DNA of 12,915 nucleotides from Candidatus Woesearchaeota archaeon (GTDB lineage Archaea; Nanobdellota; Nanobdellia; Pacearchaeales; GW2011-AR1): NCBI GenBank assembly GCA_964530955.1, contig CAZHCL010000017.1, positions 1 to 12,915 of the forward strand, read 5' to 3'. Shown piece by piece: positions 6,959 to 12,915 of this stretch (position 1 is its first letter; each line of letters starts with the position of its first letter). The notes under the pieces were generated by a model. It saw only the letters and a program-made list of their open reading frames with translations, ran no database searches and was not told where the DNA came from. The position numbers and the translations under genes were made by a program.

Positions 6959-9670
6959 TTAAGAACTTTCTATAACTTCTCTTTCCTTATTGTTTATCTT
7001 ATAAAGAGAGTAAATTTCACTATCAATATCTCTTTTTACTATTTCTATTTTATCCTTTAAGTCTTTAGTTTCACTTGTATTTTTATCTCCAAATTTATTT
7101 AGCTTATCGTTGTAAGTTAATAATTTGTCGACAAATAAAACAATCTTCTCTATGAGATTTTCATTTAATTCTGGAAAAGTAAGATTTCTTATATTCTCTA
7201 AACTTATTGCAGTAGTTATTGTAGCCCCCAAATTAAATTTTTTCTCATAATAATATCTCAATAACTTTGAATTGAATAGGGCTAAAAGAACTTTTAACTT
7301 TTTACTATTTCCATCTGAAAATTTTATAGAATAAACATTTTGAGTGCAATAAGCTTCTTCTTCTATAAATCCCACTTTAAATGTTGACGAGATTTTATTC
7401 ATCAATATTCTATCGCCCGTATACATCTCTTTTTCCTTATACCCAATACCTTCTTTGGTTATGTCAAAATGATGATTGATTTTAATATTGTAGGGATTTA
7501 TGTCTTCTCCCGTTATTATTGGAATATTGTGCTTTGTATCTTTGTTCTTTGAAACAAGTTCATATTTCTCACATTTATTTAAAATAAGATTCTTGTCACA
7601 ATGAATGCAATCTTTTTTATCTTGTTTTGATGCAGGAAACCACTTATTACAATGATAGCATTTCATAACCTCTCCTTTTTTACTTATTTCTTCTCCCCTT
7701 TTTATAAAAATACTATCTCCAAGTCTATTCCCTATGTCCACTTTAGAAAACAGAGTATCTAATTGTCCTATTTCTGGATTAAAGATATAATTTGTATTAT
7801 TATAAAATTTATCTTGGGTTACTTTTTCTTTATCATTAATAGTTATCTTGTTTTTATTCTTTTTTTCTAATTTATCACTATTCTTAACAAATATTAAAAC
7901 AATAAACTCTTGTGTTACACCCTCAAAAATTCCAAAGATAGTCAATCTTTTAATTAATGTATTCTCTAAGATGTATTTTCTTAAAGAAGTATAATCGTTT
8001 GATTTTATAGAATTTTTTGGTATCACAAACCCAAAATATCCACCTTCTTTTAATAAACTAATAGCTTTTCTCACGAATAAATCAAAAGTATTTAGATTCT
8101 TTTTAGAAACTCCATACTTTGAGACGAAATAATCTGTTTCTATTGAATTTGTATCTGCCCCCCAAGGCGGATTACCTATGATAACATCAAAACTGCCCTC
8201 TACAAAGTCCCCCCCCCACTTGAAAGCTTCTAATTTAGCTACATTCTCATCATCAATTAAAGAATTTCCATACTTAATATGTAAATCAACTTCTTCGGGC
8301 AATTTTCTATTTTTCTCTGAGGCTTTAAGAAGTAAATTAAGTTTAGTAATTTCAACTGCTTTATTGTCTAAATCCACACCATAAAGATTTTTCTTTAAAA
8401 TCTCTGTTTTTACAGAATACATACCTTGACTATCGATTTTATTTTGTTTAGATTCTTCTTTAGAAGATAAATTTTCATATAAATAATCAAACGCTTTAAT
8501 CAAAAATGAGCCTGAACCACAAGCACAATCTAAAACTTTTATTTCCTTTACATTCTTTTTAATCTTTAGAACTTCAAGAAGAGTGTTTTTTACTACATAA
8601 TCTACAATATTTGAAGGGGTATAGAAAATACCTTGTTCTTTTCTATGTGCCTGACTTTCTTTTAACTTTGATTTTCCAGACCTCTTTTGTTCTAATATCT
8701 TACCCAAATACTGCTCGTAAACTTGTCCAAGAACATCTGCGTCAATCCAATCAAAGTTATAGATATACTCCTTATCCTTTGATTCATACAGATAACCTAT
8801 TAATCTTTTTATGATTAATCCATCAATCTTAATAATATCACAATCGTTATCTATTCCGATAGCAAATAAACCACTATTGTAAATTTGATTGTATTTTTCA
8901 AATATCTCTTTTAATTTAGGATATGCCTTATTGTCTGGTAAGTGGGTTATTTCTTCCAAATAAAGATTTTCAGGATTTATGCTTATATCTTCACATCTTC
9001 TAATGAATATTAGTCTATCAATTATTCTTTGCACAATTTCTTCTCTATGATTGAGTTCATATTTATTTGGATATGATTTTTCAACATCATCAACAATGAG
9101 ATTTCTAATATGCATTAAATCATCAAGCAGAATTTTATTAATAGAAATTCTTTTCTTTAATCTGCCTTCATTTTCAGCTTCCTTTAAGATAAGGTTTTTT
9201 TCAAAGCTTTCCTTAGATAAAAGAAGTAAGTTTTGTATATTTGTTATGTAATCTTCTGGGCTTTTGAATACCCTAAAAACCTGACTTGTTGCATTTTCTT
9301 GCTCTACACAGAAAATTTTTAGTTGTTCAAAATTAGTAGAAATAGCAAAGGGTATTCTTTTAGATAAAGCATAAGAAATGACTTGTTTATCTGCTTCCTT
9401 TTCTAATGGTATACCTACTTTTTTGACCTCTAAGAAAAAGACTATCCTTCCATCAATTTTGAAAGCATAATCTCCAAAACCTAAGTTTTTACCTCTACGA
9501 GCTGTTTCTCTCTTGGTAAAATCGTTTTTATTCCATCCAAGAAGGGCAAATAATGGCTCAACTAATTTAGTTTCGGTATTTGCTTCTAATTCGTGCTTAT
9601 ATTGATTATAATTAGTCCTAAAATCATTAATTAGTGCTTGTATGCCTTTTTTTGCAACTTCTACATCCAT
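6959..9670 (-). CDS. type IIG-like single-chain restriction-modification enzyme (HsdR_N-like PD-(D/E)xK nuclease + N6-adenine methyltransferase + TaqI_C-like target recognition domain)
   Basis: N-terminal GDY...FLEVKK...QVISYA..STNF nuclease. GIFYTP, motif I VLDCACGSGSFL, motif IV FDVIIGNPPW. C-terminal TRD with NSKLL..YY. TTTATATA box at 9690-9697. Confidence 0.9.
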   Translation of the reverse strand: MDVEVAKKGIQALINDFRTNYNQYKHELEANTETKLVEPLFALLGWNKNDFTKRETARRGKNLGFGDYAFKIDGRIVFFLEVKKVGIPLEKEADKQVISYALSKRIPFAISTNFEQLKIFCVEQENATSQVFRVFKSPEDYITNIQNLLLLSKESFEKNLILKEAENEGRLKKRISINKILLDDLMHIRNLIVDDVEKSYPNKYELNHREEIVQRIIDRLIFIRRCEDISINPENLYLEEITHLPDNKAYPKLKEIFEKYNQIYNSGLFAIGIDNDCDIIKIDGLIIKRLIGYLYESKDKEYIYNFDWIDADVLGQVYEQYLGKILEQKRSGKSKLKESQAHRKEQGIFYTPSNIVDYVVKNTLLEVLKIKKNVKEIKVLDCACGSGSFLIKAFDYLYENLSSKEESKQNKIDSQGMYSVKTEILKKNLYGVDLDNKAVEITKLNLLLKASEKNRKLPEEVDLHIKYGNSLIDDENVAKLEAFKWGGDFVEGSFDVIIGNPPWGADTNSIETDYFVSKYGVSKKNLNTFDLFVRKAISLLKEGGYFGFVIPKNSIKSNDYTSLRKYILENTLIKRLTIFGIFEGVTQEFIVLIFVKNSDKLEKKNKNKITINDKEKVTQDKFYNNTNYIFNPEIGQLDTLFSKVDIGNRLGDSIFIKRGEEISKKGEVMKCYHCNKWFPASKQDKKDCIHCDKNLILNKCEKYELVSKNKDTKHNIPIITGEDINPYNIKINHHFDITKEGIGYKEKEMYTGDRILMNKISSTFKVGFIEEEAYCTQNVYSIKFSDGNSKKLKVLLALFNSKLLRYYYEKKFNLGATITTAISLENIRNLTFPELNENLIEKIVLFVDKLLTYNDKLNKFGDKNTSETKDLKDKIEIVKRDIDSEIYSLYKINNKEREVIESS
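8209..8217 (-). repeat. G9 homopolymer (coding strand) within the RM gene
   Basis: C9 on the plus strand; coding TGG GGG GGG GAC (W-G-G-D) shortly before the NPPW motif. Confidence 0.9.
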
Positions 9671-9714
9671 AACAAATTCTATAAGACATTATATAAAAAC
9701 TTACCTAAACCTCA

Positions 9715-9734
9715 AAAGCCACGCCATTTGACAG
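9715..9734 (-). repeat. internal copy of the end motif at the right end (CTGTC-AAATGG-CGTGGCTTT)
   Basis: Same two blocks as the terminal repeat, 6-nt spacer, inverted relative to the left copies. Confidence 0.78.
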
Positions 9735-9741
9735 CCCTATT

Positions 9742-9766
9742 CAAGCCACGAATCCTTGACACTCTC
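9742..9766 (-). repeat. right terminal inverted repeat GAGAGTGTC-AAGGATT-CGTGGCTTG
   Basis: 18/25 identical to the left end, with the same 7-nt spacer. Confidence 0.88.
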
Positions 9767-9775
9767 TCGCTGGAT
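9767..9775 (+). repeat. right target-site duplication TCGCTGGAT
   Basis: Exact direct copy of 3763-3771. Confidence 0.9.
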
Positions 9776-9888
9776 TAATTGCTACTTTGGAAAAATAAAA
9801 ATAAATTTAAATAAAGGGATTAATTATCGATAAACTGAAGAAAAAGGGGATTAGTAAGATATTTAAAGCATTATTCTGAAACTAATAT

Positions 9889-10254
9889 ATGAATAAAGGA
9901 AGAAAAATATCAGGCGGAAAATATCACTCAAATAGAAAGAAAAAGTTGTATGAACGCAGAGGTCAGGAGAGACATGTTCTTCTCGGAGAAACAAAGACGA
10001 AAACAATGAGGGTAAAGGGCGGAAGAATAAAAACAATCTCACTTAAAGCAAATATTGCAAACATTATAGTAAACGGAAAAGCAAAAAAAGCAGAAATTAA
10101 GAACGTTATTGAAACTCCTCAAAATATGTTCTTTGCAAGACAGAACAGACTTATGAAAGGTGCCATAATTGACACTTCACTTGGAAAGGCAAGAATAACC
10201 AATCGCCCAACCCAGGAAGGCTGTATAAATGCAATTCTTGTTGAAACTAAGTAA
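9889..10254 (+). CDS. rps8e: 30S ribosomal protein S8e
   Basis: GRKISGGKY...RKK..YE.G, RVKGG, N..FARQN.L.KGAIIDT.LGKARITNRP.QEG.INAIL. TTTAAAG box at 9862-9868. Confidence 0.96.
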   Translation: MNKGRKISGGKYHSNRKKKLYERRGQERHVLLGETKTKTMRVKGGRIKTISLKANIANIIVNGKAKKAEIKNVIETPQNMFFARQNRLMKGAIIDTSLGKARITNRPTQEGCINAILVETK

Positions 10255-10354
10255 CTTCTAGTAATGTTTCAAGCAAAAAAATAGTTCACAGAAAGATTTA
10301 AATACTCACCTTGCACTATCCTTTTTAAACCTTTCCATAATATTCCTCGATAAA

Positions 10355-11284
10355 ATGTCATACGTCAAAAGATGCCCGGAGTGTGGTAGCGTAAACCTAA
10401 CCTACGACGATCAAAAAGGCGAAATAATCTGTAATGAATGCGGTCTTATTGTAGAAGAAAAAATGGTGGATACTGGTCAGGATGTGGGCGGCCAGTTTGA
10501 TAAATCTGATAAAAAAGGTAGAGGGGGAGCTCCAATGTCTCTTCAGAAGTTTGACAAGGGACTTACAACTAACGTAGGAGAAATATCTGATATCTATAGG
10601 TTAGAAGCAGGAAATACAAGAAAATTCCTTCGTTTGAAGAAATGGCAGGAAAGAGTATCAACTTCTATTGAAAGAAATCTAAGACTCGCAATGGCTGAAT
10701 TAAGAAGAGTTGCCTCATTCCTCAATCTTCCATCAGTTGTCAGAGATGAAGCTTCAAGAGTATACAATTTCGTTCTTCAAAGAGGATTAGTTAGAGGAAG
10801 GTCAATGGAGTCAGTTATAGCTGCCTGTATTTATGCTGCCTGCCGTTCATACAACATTCCAAGAACATTAGATGAGATAGCTTCTGCCTCGGATGTTGAA
10901 AGAAAAGAAATAGGTCGTACATATAGATTTATTGTAAGAAAATTGAAAATAAAAGTAACTCCAAGCTCACCTAAAGATTACATCTCAAGATTCTCATCCA
11001 TACTTCATCTTTCTCCTAAGTCACAGAATGAAGCTCTAAAAATATTGAAAAAAGCAGATATTTCTGAGCTTACATCAGGAAGAGGTCCTGCAGGAGTTGC
11101 TGCTGCTGCTCTCTATGTAGCTGCATTAATGAATGATGAAAAGAAAACCCAAAGAGAGGTTGCTGATGTAGCTGGAATAACCGAAGTCACAATAAGAAAT
11201 AGATATAAAGAGCTTATAGACCAGCTTAAATTAGAAGATAAATTGAAAGCAAAAGTTGCTGCTTCTGAAAAAACGAGTAAATAA
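10355..11284 (+). CDS. tfb: transcription initiation factor IIB (TFB)
   Basis: N-terminal CPECGS...CNECG zinc ribbon; two cyclin repeats (ERNL..A..EL; RGRS; SGRGP.G.AAAALY; TQREVA...G.TEVTIRNRYKEL). Confidence 0.98.
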   Translation: MSYVKRCPECGSVNLTYDDQKGEIICNECGLIVEEKMVDTGQDVGGQFDKSDKKGRGGAPMSLQKFDKGLTTNVGEISDIYRLEAGNTRKFLRLKKWQERVSTSIERNLRLAMAELRRVASFLNLPSVVRDEASRVYNFVLQRGLVRGRSMESVIAACIYAACRSYNIPRTLDEIASASDVERKEIGRTYRFIVRKLKIKVTPSSPKDYISRFSSILHLSPKSQNEALKILKKADISELTSGRGPAGVAAAALYVAALMNDEKKTQREVADVAGITEVTIRNRYKELIDQLKLEDKLKAKVAASEKTSK

Positions 11285-11325
11285 TTCTTCATTAATCTTA
11301 AATATCCATTCTTTCTGAGATAACC

Positions 11326-12078
11326 ATGAAAGCCCTTGTAGTATGCAAGCATCCTGAAAATTCTAAGGAAGCAGAAAGTTGCAGAATTATAGAAAAAGAC
11401 TTTTCTCCGGTATATTCTTGGAAAAATGATTTATCAAAAAAGGATTTAGAAGGAATAGACTTGGTAATAGCAATAGGAGGAGATGGAACAGTTCTCTCAG
11501 CAGCACATTATCTGATTGACAAACCAATTCTTGCAGTTAATTCCTCCCCTTCAACAAGCGAAGGAGCTCTTACAACAATCTCAGTCGATGAATTAGACGA
11601 CAAATTAAAAGAAATAAAGAATAATAATGCAAAAGAAGAAAAGCTTGAAAGGATAGAAGTCCTAATAAACAATCAACCTCTAGATTTGTTAGCGCTTAAT
11701 GAAGTCTTTATTGCAAATGAAAAAGCCTATTTAATCTCAAAATATAATGTAAAATTCAAAGCCAAGGAAGAAGAGCAAAGATCTTCTGGAATTATATTCT
11801 CAACAGGCACAGGTTCAACTGCCTGGTTCAAGTCTGCCGGGGGCTCTCCTTTCAGCTCTCAATCGAAGTTTATAGAAATGATAGTAAGAGAGCCATATAT
11901 AAGAAGAATAAGCAAATTCTCAATGTTGAAGGAAACAATAAAAGAAAATGAAGAGTTTGAAATAACACCACTAGTACCTTCCGTCCTCGCAGTAGATTCA
12001 ATAAGAGAGTTCAAAGTAAAAAAAGGAGATTCAATCAAAATAAGAATTTCCAAACATCCCCTAAGAAGAATAAAGTAA
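11326..12078 (+). CDS. nadK: NAD(+)/NADH kinase
   Basis: IGGDGTVL signature, ALNE motif, SSGII.STGTGSTAW.KSAGG. Confidence 0.93.
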   Translation: MKALVVCKHPENSKEAESCRIIEKDFSPVYSWKNDLSKKDLEGIDLVIAIGGDGTVLSAAHYLIDKPILAVNSSPSTSEGALTTISVDELDDKLKEIKNNNAKEEKLERIEVLINNQPLDLLALNEVFIANEKAYLISKYNVKFKAKEEEQRSSGIIFSTGTGSTAWFKSAGGSPFSSQSKFIEMIVREPYIRRISKFSMLKETIKENEEFEITPLVPSVLAVDSIREFKVKKGDSIKIRISKHPLRRIK

Positions 12079-12723
12079 CTGCATCCTCAAAGGAGTCAAG
12101 ACGCGGAGTAGTTTCTTTTTCACATGATGAAATTCGGCTTTAGGATTACTAGGATTCCTACCAAGAAGTTTAGCAATGGTGGTATAAGTATGTCCTTCTA
12201 ATCTTAAAGACAGCACAGTTCTCTGAAACTCAGATAGAGAATTCATAGCATCAGATATTCCTTTTCCGATTATCTCCCTTTCTTCCCTCCTAGAAATAAG
12301 CTCATCCGCAGGCAAATTATTGTCATCAATAAAAAAACGTTCATCCTGAATTAATTCAATTGATAAATGTCCATTGGACTTATGCTCTTCAGTAAAATTT
12401 CTTGCAAGAGCTTTGTTAAATTGTCTGTAAAAATAAGAGCCGTATCTAGTTTGACAGTCATAATTAAGACAAGACTTATAATGAACTTGAAGAAGAGTAT
12501 CTTCTAAATCAGGAACAATCCAAGTAAGTAACGTTGAATCATATCTTCTCATTACTCTGTCAGGTACATACATTGCCCTCTTGCAAAATCTATCAACTAC
12601 TCTTAATTGATTATCGCTTTGAGATTGACAAGAATCCCTTTCACTAACATATGCCTTCTCTTCTTCTCTTGTCAGACGTTTAAACTCAGGCGGCCCGACA
12701 AAAAAATGATCCCCTTGAATCAT
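12061..12723 (-). CDS. sigma-70-family-like protein (regions 2 and 4; SigH/ECF-like)
   Basis: DLEDTLLQV...SCLNYD...YGSYFYRQFNKAL resembles region 2. PADELISREE...MNSLSEFQRTVLSLRLEGHTYTTIAKLLG....KAEFHHVKKKL resembles the region 4 HTH. Confidence 0.7.
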   Translation of the reverse strand: MIQGDHFFVGPPEFKRLTREEEKAYVSERDSCQSQSDNQLRVVDRFCKRAMYVPDRVMRRYDSTLLTWIVPDLEDTLLQVHYKSCLNYDCQTRYGSYFYRQFNKALARNFTEEHKSNGHLSIELIQDERFFIDDNNLPADELISRREEREIIGKGISDAMNSLSEFQRTVLSLRLEGHTYTTIAKLLGRNPSNPKAEFHHVKKKLLRVLTPLRMQLLYSS

Positions 12724-12830
12724 ACTAAAAAATCAAATAAGACAGTTAAAAAGATTGTTATCCGTCAAAATAAGCATTAAAATAACAAAGTAAAGGTTTA
12801 AATTATACAATTGTGAAAATTCATTATCGA

Positions 12831-12914
12831 GCGGGGATGCCGGAGTGGTCAAACGGGCGACGTTAAGGCCGTCGTAGCTTAGTGCTTGCGCAGGTTCGAA
12901 TCCTGTTCCCCGCA
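12831..12914 (+). tRNA. tRNA-Leu with anticodon AAG (class II, long variable arm), no encoded CCA
   Basis: Acceptor GCGGGGA/TCCCCGC, discriminator A, D-stem CCG/CGG, anticodon stem CGACG/CGTCG with loop TT-AAG-GC, variable arm AGC-TTAGT-GCT, T-loop TTCGAAT. TTTAAATT box at 12797-12804. Confidence 0.93.
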
Positions 12915-12915
12915 T

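Larger units (their letters stand above)
3772..9766. mobile_element. 5,995-bp IS6-like cargo-carrying transposon (one transposase plus five passenger genes)
   Basis: 9-bp direct repeats flank 25-bp imperfect inverted ends (18/25 identical). Contains a DDE transposase and interrupts housekeeping genes (lsm | rps8e). Confidence 0.9.

Noticed and set aside
9772-9853. Short GGATTAATT / AAGGGATTA repeats right of the element
   Set aside because: Short AT-rich matches with irregular spacing; not distinguishable from chance.
10156-10168. AAAGG-TGC-CATAA, an operator-like sequence in rps8e
   Set aside because: Encodes the conserved K-G-A-I residues of S8e, lies outside the element and has no promoter context; probably chance.
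130-11859. Other short track ORFs (130-321, 1422-1808, 2259-2450, 3518-3757, 3918-4196, 6343-6561, 8178-8384, 8611-8814, 9051-9251, 11113-11352, 11859-12053)
   Set aside because: All lie mostly or wholly antisense to well-supported genes and show no motifs.
12862-12868. Reading the last tRNA as Leu(UAA)
   Set aside because: That register needs GCGAC to pair with CCGTC, which fails. CGACG/CGTCG pairs perfectly and places AAG at positions 34-36.
12733-12915. 60-aa minus-strand ORF (MRGTGFEPAQ...)
   Set aside because: Typical antisense translation of a tRNA gene.

Overview
Archaeal chromosomal window. TFB, ribosomal protein S8e, an Sm-like protein and TATA-box promoters show the domain; the AT-rich, compact layout suggests a DPANN lineage such as Pacearchaeota/Woesearchaeota, which is inference. 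The housekeeping backbone is: partial tRNA, dCTP deaminase-NUDIX fusion, tRNA-Arg(UCU), small membrane protein, rnz, lsm, then rps8e, tfb, NAD kinase, a bacterial sigma-70-like gene and tRNA-Leu with an AAG anticodon. The main discovery is a complete 5,995-bp mobile element (3772-9766) inserted between the divergent lsm and rps8e promoters. It is bounded by an exact 9-bp target duplication (TCGCTGGAT) and IS6-like bipartite inverted ends, each with a second internal copy. It has a single DDE transposase with an extra N-terminal SWIM domain. Its cargo is a type IIG restriction-modification fusion with a G9 tract, two unknown proteins, and two tiny regulators missed by the ORF track (RHH and AbrB-like). 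The transposase and AbrB-like genes share an identical promoter layout: paired 13-bp palindromic operators around the TATA box.
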